Shown here piece by piece: positions 8,735 through 18,639 of a DNA stretch of 64,000 nt. A model generated the notes under the pieces. The model saw only the letters and a list, made by a program, of their open reading frames with translations. It was not told the DNA's origin and searched no databases. The translations under genes and the position numbers were made by a program. Numbering within the stretch: the stretch's first letter is position 1; every line of letters starts with the position of its first letter. The DNA comes from Paracoccaceae bacterium (GTDB lineage Bacteria > Pseudomonadota > Alphaproteobacteria > Rhodobacterales > Rhodobacteraceae): the NCBI GenBank assembly GCA_048262715.1, contig JBLXEV010000002.1:333829-397828 (forward strand). The letters are read 5' to 3'.

Positions 8735-9625
8735 TTACAGCGCGCGGGCGATGCCTGCTGCGAGACGGGCGTTGTTCAGCACCAGCTCGATATTGGCGGT
8801 GAGCGACCGCCCTTCGGTGGTTTCAAAGATCCGCTGGAGCAAGAACGGGGTTACATCCTTGGCGGCGATGCCTTGATCCTTGGCGGCGCGCAGGGCCACC
8901 TCGACAACAGGCATGATCTCGGCGCGCGGAATTTCATGCGCCTCGGGGATCGGGTTGACGATCAATTGGCCACCCTCCAACCCCATGGCCGCGCGGGCGT
9001 TCATCGCGGCGGCGATCTCGGCGGCGCTGTCCATCCGCAACGGGGCCTTCAGGCCAGAGCTGCGCGACCAGAAGGCGGGCACCTCGTCCTGTCCGTAGGC
9101 AATGACAGGAACGCCGTAGGTTTCAAGAACTTCCATGGTTTTCGGAATATCCAAAATCGCCTTGGCACCCGCGGCAACCACCGTCACCGCCGTCAGCGAG
9201 AGCTCGCGCAGGTCGGCGGAGATATCGAATGTCTCCTCCGCGCCGCGATGCACACCGCCGATGCCCCCGGTGGCGAAAACGCGGATGCCCGCGCGCGCCG
9301 CCGCGATCATCGTCGCGGCCACGGTCGTCGCCCCCGTGCGCCCCTGCGAGAGGCAGACCGCGAGATCGGCCCGCGAGAGCTTCATCACGTCCGTCGCTTG
9401 GCCCAGTTGATCAAGCTGCGCCTCGGTCAGCCCGATATGGAGCACGCCGTCCAGCACCGCAATCGTCGCCGGAACCGCGCCTTGCGCTCGGATTTCCGCC
9501 TCGACCTTGCGGGCAGTCTCGACGTTTTGCGGGAAGGGCATCCCGTGGGTGATGATGGTGGATTCAAGCGCAACAATCGCGGCACCAGAGGCGCGGGCGG
9601 CCTCGACTTCGGGGGAAAAGATCAT
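8735..9625 (-). CDS. psuG: Pseudouridine-5'-phosphate glycosidase
   Basis: 296 aa. VALESTIITHGMPFPQN and the rest of the protein match my recollection of the PsuG/IndA family. It overlaps the upstream kinase gene by 4 nt. Confidence 0.88.
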   Translation of the reverse strand: MIFSPEVEAARASGAAIVALESTIITHGMPFPQNVETARKVEAEIRAQGAVPATIAVLDGVLHIGLTEAQLDQLGQATDVMKLSRADLAVCLSQGRTGATTVAATMIAAARAGIRVFATGGIGGVHRGAEETFDISADLRELSLTAVTVVAAGAKAILDIPKTMEVLETYGVPVIAYGQDEVPAFWSRSSGLKAPLRMDSAAEIAAAMNARAAMGLEGGQLIVNPIPEAHEIPRAEIMPVVEVALRAAKDQGIAAKDVTPFLLQRIFETTEGRSLTANIELVLNNARLAAGIARAL

Positions 9626-10551
9626 GTGTGAATATCTCCAGAGACATAACGGGCGGCGGCGGTCAGGGCGCGCTCCAGCGCCTCTGCCCGCGGCGCGCCA
9701 CGGGTTTCGGCCACGAGATGTGCGGCCATGAATGTATCGCCCGCGCCAGTGACACGGGTGACGAGAACGGGCGGCGGCGCGGAGGTGATCACCCCCTCTG
9801 CCGCGCCATCGGCAGCGGCTTTGCCACCATCGGTGACCAGAACCCGCCGCGCACCACGCGCCAACAGGCCCTCGGCGGCGCTGGCAGCATCGGAAAACTC
9901 CGATTGGCAGAGGATGCCCGCCTCCTCAAGGTTCACATAAAGCGTAGCGCGCGGATGGGTCATCAACACCCCCAATCGCTCGGCCTTGCCGGGGCTGGCG
10001 GGGGCCACTCGCAGATCGGCCTGCGCAAATGCCGGCGCGCGGGCGATCTCGCCCAAAAGCCCCGTTGTCAAATTGCCATCGAGCGCAATCGGCCCGCGCC
10101 AAGGGGCCGCCTCACTGCCCAGCGTACCATCAAACAACGGGCGCAGGATCTTCTCGCCCGCGGCTTCCAGCGAATGCGCATCCGCCACCGCCGCGATCAA
10201 CCCGTTCGCGCCCTCAATCGCCATATAGCGATCCGTCGGCAGATCCTCGGAGCGGTAGGCATAGGCGCACTCCACCCCCAAGCCACGCGCCGCTTTGATC
10301 AGATCCTCGCCTTGGCTATCGCGCCCGATCGCGGTGAGCACCGCAGGCCGCATCCCGAACCGCGCCAGCGTCATCGCGATATTCATTGCCACCCCGCCCG
10401 GAAGCGAGATGATCCGCCCGGGAACATCAGAGCCCGCGCGCATATGGGCCGGGGCGCGGCCGATGATATCCCAGAGCACCGAGCCGATGCACAGGATCTC
10501 GGGGGAGGTCTCGGGTCGGGTCTGGGAAGGGAGGGCGTGATCGCTCGACAT
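9622..10551 (-). CDS. PfkB-family carbohydrate kinase (likely pseudouridine kinase)
   Basis: 309 aa with PfkB signatures (GSVLWDI near the N-terminus, GAGDTF near the C-terminus). It is translationally coupled to psuG. Confidence 0.8.
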   Translation of the reverse strand: MSSDHALPSQTRPETSPEILCIGSVLWDIIGRAPAHMRAGSDVPGRIISLPGGVAMNIAMTLARFGMRPAVLTAIGRDSQGEDLIKAARGLGVECAYAYRSEDLPTDRYMAIEGANGLIAAVADAHSLEAAGEKILRPLFDGTLGSEAAPWRGPIALDGNLTTGLLGEIARAPAFAQADLRVAPASPGKAERLGVLMTHPRATLYVNLEEAGILCQSEFSDAASAAEGLLARGARRVLVTDGGKAAADGAAEGVITSAPPPVLVTRVTGAGDTFMAAHLVAETRGAPRAEALERALTAAARYVSGDIHT

Positions 10552-10687
10552 GAATATGATCCGTAAACTGGGGACGCGGTACCGCAGGTGCCGTTTTCCG
10601 AAGTGCTATGCAAGAGGGGCGTTGCGGAATTCCATAAAAGACAGGCGGGCGGCAACAGAGAAAGCCTCTTTTGCATCCGCAGAGACG

Positions 10688-10757
10688 AAATATCCCCGCC
10701 GGAGGCGCAGATTGGCCAGCCTGCGCCTCCGGCGGGGATATTTAAGCTCTCTGGAAG
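10688..10757. repeat. Palindromic intergenic repeat, family 2, copy C
   Basis: Arms AAATATCCCCGCCGGAGGCGCAG (10688-10710) and CTGCGCCTCCGGCGGGGATATTT (10721-10743), followed by AAGCTCTCTGGAAG. The same unit occurs at 40621-40643 and 57380-57462. Confidence 0.8.
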
Positions 10758-10764
10758 CCCCAGA

Positions 10765-13242
10765 TCAAGGTTTTGGGGTCAACCGTGTGATCCCCGCAGC
10801 CGCGCCGCGCGCGAGCGCAGGATCAAGCGACATCGGAATATATTCGCCGCGCCGCCACAGCTCTGCCAAATCATCGTAATGCCGCGAGAGCGGGTGGCCG
10901 GATTGTCCGGTATCGATGATGAAGACCGAGCTATCGGGATCGGCGAAATCATAGACGCCGCGATAGGAGGCCCCGTGCACATTGGCATAGGGCGTCGGGC
11001 CTGTGCCCATCGTGCCGCCGCGCATCAGGGTGAAATCCCCGCCCGAGGTCGATTGGCGGATATTTGTGAACCATTTCAGGAAGGGCACGCGCCCCAGAAC
11101 GGCGTGATCGTGGCGCGCCTCATGCGCATCGCCCCAGCGCCAGCTCTCGACGTTTTCGCCGTAGCGCTGGCTGAGCTCCAGCAGCGCGTCATCCAGTGCG
11201 ATTTGGGCGATTTCGGTGCAGGTCTCGATCGGTGCCGATTGGATCACGTCGCACCATTTCGCGGCCCCATTGATATTGCGGTAGACCCGCTCGATGAACA
11301 GCGGCTCCAGCGCGGTGAATTCAGAGGCGAGCGGCCCGAGCTCGTCTTGCAGGAGGCGGTGCTGAAGGGCGCGCATCCATGCCGCATAGATTAGTGGCTC
11401 GGGCAGATGCTCGTTCATCTCGCCGTCCCAATCGGCCAGCAGTTTCAGCGCGCGCTGGCGTTTGCGCTCAACCGTGCCCTCGGCCGCATCGGGGCCGGTG
11501 AACCACAGATCCGCGCCGACCAGCGGCAGCAGGCCCCGCGCGGCGGGGGAGACGGTATCGAGCTGCGCGGCAATCAGGCTCTCGCGGGTGTGGACCTCAC
11601 GCTCGCCCAGAAGCAGCGTCAGCCGTTGGATCCGTTGGGTGTCGCCCCACGCGTAGGAGACGTGATGGGGGAAGGGCTGATCTGTGATCTTATTGTTGGT
11701 ATTGCCGACGATCCCGCTTTGGGGGCGCAGCTCGCGCGGGTTGTCGGCATAGGGCAGGCGGCGCGCGGCGGGATCTTGCGGCCAGAGGTTCGCCGGATTG
11801 GTGCCGGGTGCGGGCATCCGCCCCTTGGTTTCATGCGCGGCATTGCGGGCGGGCAAAACGCCCACAGTGGCCATGCCGATCCCGGTCTGATCCGCCAGCG
11901 TGAGGTTCATCACTGGGGCGACGAAGCGCTCGCCGGCACTCACCGCCTCTTCCATACTATGCGCCTGCATCAGGCTGACAGCGGCAGAGATCGACGCATC
12001 CTGAGTATCCAGCGCGGTCCATTCCAGCGCGGCGACATGACCGCGCGGGGTGACATCGGCGAGGTTGAAATGGCTGCCCGGCAAGATCGGCCCGTTTTGC
12101 GACCAGCGCAGCATGAGGGTGATCGGGGCGGCGTCTTTCACCGTGATGATCGCGCGGCGGGTGGTGAAGGGTTTTGGCCCCTCAGCGGTCAGATATTCCT
12201 CCGCATTTTGCGGATTGAGCGCCTCCATCACCAGATCCTGATCATCGGCGAAGGTGGTTGTCAGCCCCCAGCCCAGATGCGCATTGCGCCCTGCCAGCAC
12301 GGCGGGGATACCGGGGAGGGTCGCGCCGATCACGCCGCCGGATTTCAACTCCAGCCGGGCGAGATACCACTGCGTCGGGGCGGAGAATTCGGAATGCGGA
12401 TCGTTTGCGAGAAGCGAGCCGCCCGCCGCAGAGCGCTCGGGCGCCGCCGCAAACGCATTGGATGCGCCTTGCAGATTGCGCGCCGGCGCAGGCCAGAGCG
12501 CGGGCAGCGGCAGATCCGCCGCGGTGCGGGTGCCGGGCAGTGGCGCATCGAACAGGCTTGCATAGGCGGGCAGCGCCATCTCGCCCTTGCCCGTCGCATC
12601 GGGCATCACATCGCGCAGCCAATCATCCGACAGCTTGCTGACCCGCGCGCGCAGCACCTCATCCTCAATCTGGCTGGTGTTTTTCAGCGCCATCAGCTTG
12701 AGGATCGCGATGGAATCGGCGGGCGTCCAATAGGCGATCTCGTTCTTGAACCAGAAGAACTCCGGTGCACCGCGCCCCAACGCGCCGGTGTTCACTTGGG
12801 TAATCCATTGGTTGACGCCCTTGGCATAAGCCTCCAGCGCCACGGTCGTCTGCGGATCTTGCGCCGCGACCGAGCTGACCGCCGCGCCGTAAAGATCCAG
12901 CCGCCGCATCAGCTCGTCGGTTTTCAGCGTCTGCGCCCCGAACACCTCGGAGAGCCGCCCCTGCACAGTGCGCCGCGCCATGACCATCTGCCACAGGCGA
13001 TCCTGCGCATGGGCGAGGCCGAGGCCGAAATACACATCCGCATCCGTGGCGCCGAAAATATGCGGCACGTTTTCCGTGGAACGCACGATCTCGACGGGGG
13101 CGGAAATCCCCTCAACGGCATAAGTCTCGTCGTAATCGGGCAGGGAACGGGAGGCGAAATAATAGGCCAGCGTGCCAACCGCCAAGCCAAAGAGCAGCAG
13201 GCCGGATACGATCCGCACAAGCCATTTGAACAGTGCAAACAT
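10765..13242 (-). CDS. Penicillin acylase-family Ntn hydrolase (possible acyl-homoserine-lactone acylase)
   Basis: About 825 aa with penicillin amidase-type alpha and beta regions (e.g. ...GASNAFAAAPERSAAGGSLLANDPH...). The likely start is the ATG at 13242, giving MFALFKWLVRIVSGLLLFGLAV..., a TM or signal anchor. The upstream extension to 13332 is Gly/Pro-rich. Confidence 0.85.
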   Translation of the reverse strand: MFALFKWLVRIVSGLLLFGLAVGTLAYYFASRSLPDYDETYAVEGISAPVEIVRSTENVPHIFGATDADVYFGLGLAHAQDRLWQMVMARRTVQGRLSEVFGAQTLKTDELMRRLDLYGAAVSSVAAQDPQTTVALEAYAKGVNQWITQVNTGALGRGAPEFFWFKNEIAYWTPADSIAILKLMALKNTSQIEDEVLRARVSKLSDDWLRDVMPDATGKGEMALPAYASLFDAPLPGTRTAADLPLPALWPAPARNLQGASNAFAAAPERSAAGGSLLANDPHSEFSAPTQWYLARLELKSGGVIGATLPGIPAVLAGRNAHLGWGLTTTFADDQDLVMEALNPQNAEEYLTAEGPKPFTTRRAIITVKDAAPITLMLRWSQNGPILPGSHFNLADVTPRGHVAALEWTALDTQDASISAAVSLMQAHSMEEAVSAGERFVAPVMNLTLADQTGIGMATVGVLPARNAAHETKGRMPAPGTNPANLWPQDPAARRLPYADNPRELRPQSGIVGNTNNKITDQPFPHHVSYAWGDTQRIQRLTLLLGEREVHTRESLIAAQLDTVSPAARGLLPLVGADLWFTGPDAAEGTVERKRQRALKLLADWDGEMNEHLPEPLIYAAWMRALQHRLLQDELGPLASEFTALEPLFIERVYRNINGAAKWCDVIQSAPIETCTEIAQIALDDALLELSQRYGENVESWRWGDAHEARHDHAVLGRVPFLKWFTNIRQSTSGGDFTLMRGGTMGTGPTPYANVHGASYRGVYDFADPDSSVFIIDTGQSGHPLSRHYDDLAELWRRGEYIPMSLDPALARGAAAGITRLTPKP

Positions 13243-13496
13243 CAAACCCCCAAGCCGTTCTCCGCCGCCCGCGCCATCCGGTTGGGGCTGATGCGTCCTG
13301 ATCCCTTGTTCTGACCTTGGCATAGGGACCATGGTTGACGGGAGGCCGCGAGGCGTTACTAAGTCAGTGCGAGAAAATGTTCAACGCGCGTTTGCGCGAG
13401 AATGGCGGCGCGCAAGCGTGTCTTCGCTCGTGCCAAAGCGCCCGCAAACCGGGGCAATCCGCCCTCACGGCGGGGCAGAGAGATAAAGGATCGGCA

Positions 13497-14363
13497 ATGG
13501 CAAAAGTAGCGTTTTTGGGTTTGGGCGTGATGGGCGCACCGATGGCGGGGCATTTGCAGGCCAAAGGCCATGAGGTCACCGTTTATAACCGCACGATTGC
13601 CAAGGCCGAGGCTTGGGCCGCGCAGCATGGCGGGGCCTATGCAGCGACCCCGCGCGAGGCGGCGATGGGGGCGGAATTTGTCATGGCCTGCGTTGGCAAT
13701 GACGATGATCTGCGCGCTGTGTGCTTGGGCACGGACGGGGCGTTCGAGGGGATGGTCTCGGGCGCGATCTTCGTTGATCACACCACCGTTTCCGCCGCCG
13801 TGACGCGCGAGCTTTATGCCGCCGCTGCCGAGCTGGGCCTCGGGTTTGTCGATGCGCCAGTCTCGGGCGGCCAAGCGGGGGCAGAAAACGGCGTGCTCTC
13901 GGTGATGTGCGGCGGCGATCTTGCGCAATATGAGGCCGCCGAGCCGGTGATCGCGGCCTATGCGAAAATCTGCCGTCGTCTGGGCGAGAGCGGCGCGGGG
14001 CAGATGACCAAGATGTGCAACCAGATCGCGATTGCGGGTCTGGTGCAGGGCTTGGCAGAGAGCCTGCATTTCGCCGAGAAAGCGGGGCTGTCGATCAGCG
14101 ACGTGGTTGAGGTGATCTCGCAGGGTGCTGCGGGATCGTGGCAAATGGCAAACCGCCATAAGACGATGGAGGCCGAGGAGTTCAACCACGGGTTCGCGGT
14201 GGATTGGATGCGCAAGGATCTGGCGATTTGCCTGAAGACCGCCGATGAGACGGGCGCGAGCCTGCCCGTCACCGCGCTGGTCGATCAGTTCTACAAAGAT
14301 GTCCAGGGCATGGGCGGCGGGCGTTGGGATACTTCATCGCTGATCGCTCGGCTGCGGAAATAA
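13497..14363 (+). CDS. NAD(P)-dependent beta-hydroxyacid dehydrogenase (3-hydroxyisobutyrate dehydrogenase family)
   Basis: The ATG at 13497 gives MAKVAFLGLGVMGAPMAGHL, a Rossmann GxGxxG. DAPVSGG and the family-typical C-terminal domain are present. Confidence 0.85.
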   Translation: MAKVAFLGLGVMGAPMAGHLQAKGHEVTVYNRTIAKAEAWAAQHGGAYAATPREAAMGAEFVMACVGNDDDLRAVCLGTDGAFEGMVSGAIFVDHTTVSAAVTRELYAAAAELGLGFVDAPVSGGQAGAENGVLSVMCGGDLAQYEAAEPVIAAYAKICRRLGESGAGQMTKMCNQIAIAGLVQGLAESLHFAEKAGLSISDVVEVISQGAAGSWQMANRHKTMEAEEFNHGFAVDWMRKDLAICLKTADETGASLPVTALVDQFYKDVQGMGGGRWDTSSLIARLRK

Positions 14364-14429
14364 GCGATAGGGTTCAGCGGGCGAAGCTCACGTGATGCGC
14401 GAGCTTCGCCCCTCAAGGCATTGAAGTAA

Positions 14430-15206
14430 TTACTCTGTTAGCGAATCAAAGGCAGGTGCCCAAGCGATGTCGCCTCTGGCCGCAAGCCCTTGGCGCGTGA
14501 GATCTAGTAGCATCAGATGATCACCCGCGAAGGCCCCCGTAAAGCCGGAGGCTGCGGGCACCGAGAAGCCAAAGCGGCTGTAGAACTCAGGGTCGCCCAG
14601 CACAAACACACCCTCAAACCCCTTGGCCCGCGCCTGCATCAAGCCTGCGCGGATCAAATCCCCGCCAAGCCCTTGACGCCGCATGTTTTCCCTCACGGCA
14701 AGCGGTGCCAGCGCGAGGGCTTTAAAGGGGGCCACCATCGGCGAAAAGGCGATATGGCCGAGATAGGCGCGGCCAATTTTGGCCGTCAGCGAGATCGGCA
14801 GATCAAAGGCGGCGCGCAGATCCCTGACCAGTTTCGCCTCCTCCGCTGTGCCAAAGGCAGTCTGGATCAGCGCGGAGATCGCCGCTGTATCTTTCGCGGT
14901 TTCCGCAGCGATTTCAGGGCGTTGCTCCACCATGTTATAGTCGCGCTTGATGCCGGATGTGGCGCGCGCCCAAGCGGATGTCGCGGTGCGGGTTTGATGC
15001 GCGCGAAACGCGGGCCGGTCCACGAAGGCCTCGGACACATGCCAGATCATCGGATCCACCGGATCCTGCGTCACGTCGAAATAGAGGCAGCCCGCCTCGG
15101 CAACCGTATCGCGCATATGGCGGGGAAGATGGCTGAGAACGGCGGCGCGCTCGGCCTCATTCTTGCAGATCAAGCGGCCATCGACAGTGATAAGAGCCAT
15201 TGGCAA
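14430..15206 (-). CDS. Fusion protein: ABM (antibiotic-biosynthesis-monooxygenase-like) domain + GNAT N-acetyltransferase domain
   Basis: The N-terminal 95 aa or so are ABM-like (ITVDGRLICKNEAERAAVL...WHVSEAFVDRPAFRAHQ). The C-terminal 160 aa or so are GNAT-like (RRQGLGGDLIRAGL...GFEGVFVLGDPEFYSRFGF). Confidence 0.7.
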   Translation of the reverse strand: MPMALITVDGRLICKNEAERAAVLSHLPRHMRDTVAEAGCLYFDVTQDPVDPMIWHVSEAFVDRPAFRAHQTRTATSAWARATSGIKRDYNMVEQRPEIAAETAKDTAAISALIQTAFGTAEEAKLVRDLRAAFDLPISLTAKIGRAYLGHIAFSPMVAPFKALALAPLAVRENMRRQGLGGDLIRAGLMQARAKGFEGVFVLGDPEFYSRFGFSVPAASGFTGAFAGDHLMLLDLTRQGLAARGDIAWAPAFDSLTE

Positions 15207-15225
15207 GATCCTGTTATCTGAGAGA

Positions 15226-15258
15226 AAAACGGGCGCGGCACCCGATGCGCCGCGCCCG
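15226..15258 (-). terminator. Intrinsic terminator downstream of guaA
   Basis: The reverse strand reads GGGCGCGGCGCATCGGGTGCCGCGCCC followed by GTTTTTCTCTC. Confidence 0.75.
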
Positions 15259-15269
15259 AAAATCGGGTG

Positions 15270-16832
15270 TTATTCCCACTCAATCGTGCCCGGAGGCTTC
15301 GAGGTGATGTCATAGGTGCAGCGGTTGATGCCCTTGACCTCGTTGATAATCCGCGTCGCGGTCTCGCCCAAGAACTCATGGGTGAACGGATAGTAATCCG
15401 CCGTCATCCCATCCACCGAGGTCACCGCGCGCAGGGCGCAGGCGAAATCATAGGTGCGGCCATCGCCCATCACGCCCACGGTTTTCACCGGAAGGATCGC
15501 GACGAAGGCCTGCCAGATCTCGTCATAGAGCCCGTGCTTGCGGATCTGATCGATGAAGACCGCATCCGCCTTTTGCAAGATTTCCAGCTTCTCGCGGGTG
15601 ATCTCGCCGGGGCAGCGGATCGCGAGGCCGGGGCCAGGGAACGGATGCCGTCCGATGAAGCTTTCGGGCAAGCCCAGCTCGCGGCCCAGAGCGCGGACCT
15701 CATCCTTGAACAGTTCGCGCAGCGGCTCGACCAGTTTCAGCCCCATTTTCTCCGGCAGACCGCCGACGTTATGGTGCGATTTGATCGTGACCGAGGGGCC
15801 GCCCGAGAAGGAAACCGATTCAATCACGTCAGGGTAGAGCGTGCCTTGGGCCAAGAACTTCGCGTCCTTGATGTCATTGGCGTATTTCTGGAACACGTCG
15901 ATGAACAGCTTGCCGATGGTTTTGCGCTTCACTTCCGGATCGGAGACGCCTTCCAGCGCGCCGAGGAAGAGATCGGATTCATCCGCCGCGATCAGCTTGA
16001 TGTTGTAGTTTTCGCGGAACATCGTTTTGACCTGTTCCGCCTCGTTGAGACGCAGCAGCCCGTGATCCACGAAGACGCAGGTGAGCTGGTCGCCGATTGC
16101 CTCATGCAGCAAGATCGCGGTGACCGAGCTATCCACGCCGCCCGAAAGCCCGCAGATCACGTGATCCGAGCCGACCTGCTCGCGGATTTTCGCGATGGCT
16201 TCAGCGCGGTAAGCGCCCATCGTCCAATCGCCGGTGAACCCTGCCATTTTGACGAAGTTCGCGAGCATCTTCGCGCCGTTCGGCGTGTGATGCACCTCGG
16301 GGTGGAACTGCACAGCGTAGAAGCCGCGCGCCTCATCTGCGGTGATCGCGAAGGGCGCGTTGGGCGAGGTGCCGATCACCTCAAAGCCGGGCGCGAGGGC
16401 GGTGACGCGGTCGCCGTGGCTCATCCAGACTTGCTCGCGGCCGTCCGCCTCGAACAGCCCCGCGAAGATCCCATCGGATTTATGCGCGGAGGAGGGCGCG
16501 ACATAGGCGCGGCCATATTCGGCATGGTGGCCTGCTTCGACTTTCCCGCCGAGCTGTTCCATCATGACCTGTTGGCCATAGCAGATGCCGAAGATCGGCA
16601 GGCCCATTTCGAACAGGGCTTGCGGCGCGCGGGGGGAGCCCTCGCGCGTCACGCTATCGGGACCGCCGGAGAGGATCACTGCCAAGGGGGCCATCTCGCG
16701 GATGGTGGCCTCGGTGACCGTCTGATACGGGCGGATTTCGCAGTAGACATTCAGCTCGCGCAGACGACGCGCGATGAGCTGCGTCACTTGGGAGCCGAAG
16801 TCGATGATGAGAAGGCATTGATGCTGGGTCAT
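15270..16832 (-). CDS. guaA: Glutamine-hydrolysing GMP synthase
   Basis: The ATG at 16832 gives [33 protein letters not shown]... The GATase domain, SGGVDSS P-loop and C-terminal ...PPGTIEWE are present. 520 aa. Confidence 0.95.
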   Translation of the reverse strand: MTQHQCLLIIDFGSQVTQLIARRLRELNVYCEIRPYQTVTEATIREMAPLAVILSGGPDSVTREGSPRAPQALFEMGLPIFGICYGQQVMMEQLGGKVEAGHHAEYGRAYVAPSSAHKSDGIFAGLFEADGREQVWMSHGDRVTALAPGFEVIGTSPNAPFAITADEARGFYAVQFHPEVHHTPNGAKMLANFVKMAGFTGDWTMGAYRAEAIAKIREQVGSDHVICGLSGGVDSSVTAILLHEAIGDQLTCVFVDHGLLRLNEAEQVKTMFRENYNIKLIAADESDLFLGALEGVSDPEVKRKTIGKLFIDVFQKYANDIKDAKFLAQGTLYPDVIESVSFSGGPSVTIKSHHNVGGLPEKMGLKLVEPLRELFKDEVRALGRELGLPESFIGRHPFPGPGLAIRCPGEITREKLEILQKADAVFIDQIRKHGLYDEIWQAFVAILPVKTVGVMGDGRTYDFACALRAVTSVDGMTADYYPFTHEFLGETATRIINEVKGINRCTYDITSKPPGTIEWE

Positions 16833-16909
16833 GGGGCCGAAATATTCGAGGTTGCGGGGTTGCGCAAGGGAAACTCGCGCGGGGGAGCACAGGGTTTGCG
16901 TCACAGCCG

Positions 16910-17269
16910 TCACAGGAGCGTGGCGAGCCATGCCAGCACGGCGGGGACGGTTTGCACGAACAGGATTTTCCGGCCTGCGGTTGCGGCGCCATACGCGCCT
17001 GCCACCGCCACGCAGCCGAGGAAGAACCACGCCACATTGCGCGCCCATTCCGGATTTCCGATCAGCAGAGACCAGATCAGCCCTGCGGCGAGAAACGCAT
17101 TATAGAGGCCCTGATTGGCGGCAAGGACTTTTGTCGGCGCGAACAGATCGCGCGGCAGCGAGCGGAACGTGTTCGGGCCGCGGCTTTCCCACGCGAACAT
17201 CTCCAGCCAGCAGATGTAGAGGTGCAGCGCCGCGATCAGCGCGATCAGGATTTGGGCAATCAAGGGCAT
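16910..17269 (-). CDS. DUF1304-family membrane protein
   Basis: 119 aa with four predicted TM helices. The N-terminus reads [14 protein letters not shown]. Confidence 0.75.
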   Translation of the reverse strand: MPLIAQILIALIAALHLYICWLEMFAWESRGPNTFRSLPRDLFAPTKVLAANQGLYNAFLAAGLIWSLLIGNPEWARNVAWFFLGCVAVAGAYGAATAGRKILFVQTVPAVLAWLATLL

Positions 17270-17292
17270 CAGCGGGATCCTCTGTCAGCTAT

Positions 17293-17320
17293 GAAAAAGG
17301 CCCCCAAAGGGGCCTTTCTT
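17293..17320. terminator. Bidirectional-looking hairpin (AAAAAGGCCCC-CAAA-GGGGCCTTTCTTT)
   Basis: GC stem flanked by an A-run and a T-run, between the DUF1304 start and the permease stop. Confidence 0.55.
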
Positions 17321-18639
17321 TACTTCTCCGGCAACAGCCCGCGCGGGGCGAAGCGCAGCACCAGCAATAGCAGCAAGCCCATCGTCAGCATCCGCATATG
17401 GGCCGCCGAGTCGAGCAGATGCGCCTTCACCGCGCCCTCCGCCATGCCTGATGTCAGGAAATGGATCAGCCCGTTGCCCCATGGCTCCACCTTGATCCAG
17501 AGATACCAGATCAGCATACCGCCCAGCACCGAGCCCCAATTGTTGCCCGAGCCGCCGACGATCACCATCACCCAGATCAGGAAGGTGAAGCGCAGCGGGA
17601 AATAGGAGGTCGGCGTGACTTGGCCATCCAGCGTGATCAGCATCGCGCCGGCCAAGCCGCAGACGGCGGAGCCGAGCACGAAGATCTGCAGATGGCGGCG
17701 GGTGACATCCTTGCCCATCGCGCGGGCGGCGGTCTCGTTATCGCGGATCGCGCGCATCATCCGGCCCCATGGCGATTTTAGCGCCATTTCTGAGAGCCAG
17801 ATCACAATCAATGTCGCCGTGATGAACAGCGCCGCATAGCAGAGCTTCACGAAGACGGTCGATCCGGTGATCGGATCAAGGCCGAAGCTGGCGGCACGCT
17901 CCACAAAGGAGGGGTCAGCTTGGAGATTGACCTCGTAGGGGACGGGGCGCGGGATGCCGTTGACGTTTTTCACGCCGCGCGCGAGCCATTCCTCATTGCG
18001 CAGCACAAAGACGATGATCTGCGCGATGCCCAAGGTCGCAATCGCGAGATAATCCGAGCGCAGCCCGAGGGAGATCTTGCCCACCGCCCAAGCGGCAACC
18101 GCGGCAAACACCATGCCAACGGGCCATGAGAGCAGCACCGGCAGGCCAAGCCCGCCGAGATAGCCCGCGCCCGAGGGGTTGATCGCCTCAATTGCGGCAA
18201 CGGCAGGATCCAGCACCGCGCGATACGCGAAGAAGCCGATGATCAGCCAGAGCACCAGCGCCACCGCCATTTTGCGGCCTGCCATCCGGCGTTTGATCTG
18301 CACCGCAAGTGCGATCACCAGCGCCGCCAGCGCGAAGGCGCCGAGCAAGCGCCAGCCGCCCGCCGCAAAAGCGCCCGGAACCGGCGGCATCGAGACCAGC
18401 ACAGGCGCTAGCCCGCCAAGCGCGACAAAGCCAAGGATGCCGGTGTTAAACAGCCCCGCATAGCCCCATTGGATATTCACCCCCAGCGCCATGATCGCCG
18501 AGATCAGCCCCATATTCAGCAGGCCAAGCGCGGTGTTCCAGCCGCCCGTCGCGGCCTCCAGCGCGAACAGCCCGAGCATCAGCGCGAAATAGAGCGGCGC
18601 GCGGTTTTTCCCTGCGGTCGGTTGACGTGTCGCACTCAT
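17320..18639 (-). CDS. Branched-chain amino acid-type ABC transporter permease (LivM-like)
   Basis: 439-aa polytopic membrane protein. It overlaps the LivH-like gene by 4 nt. Confidence 0.85.
   Translation of the reverse strand: MSATRQPTAGKNRAPLYFALMLGLFALEAATGGWNTALGLLNMGLISAIMALGVNIQWGYAGLFNTGILGFVALGGLAPVLVSMPPVPGAFAAGGWRLLGAFALAALVIALAVQIKRRMAGRKMAVALVLWLIIGFFAYRAVLDPAVAAIEAINPSGAGYLGGLGLPVLLSWPVGMVFAAVAAWAVGKISLGLRSDYLAIATLGIAQIIVFVLRNEEWLARGVKNVNGIPRPVPYEVNLQADPSFVERAASFGLDPITGSTVFVKLCYAALFITATLIVIWLSEMALKSPWGRMMRAIRDNETAARAMGKDVTRRHLQIFVLGSAVCGLAGAMLITLDGQVTPTSYFPLRFTFLIWVMVIVGGSGNNWGSVLGGMLIWYLWIKVEPWGNGLIHFLTSGMAEGAVKAHLLDSAAHMRMLTMGLLLLLVLRFAPRGLLPEK

Noticed and set aside
11407-13314. 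635-aa + strand ORF across the acylase gene
   Set aside because: Shadow ORF opposite a well-supported penicillin-acylase-family gene, with Arg/Gly/His-rich composition.
15267-17105. 612-aa + strand ORF across guaA
   Set aside because: It is antisense to an unambiguous GMP synthase gene and has shadow-ORF composition. The same reasoning applies to 19095..20387, 21418..22785, 40686..42026, 49184..50941, 55285..56481(-), 5658..6518(-), 24135..24959(-), 30818..31981(-), 38686..39597, 44261..45307, 48059..49000, 50938..51963 and 63191..63976(-).
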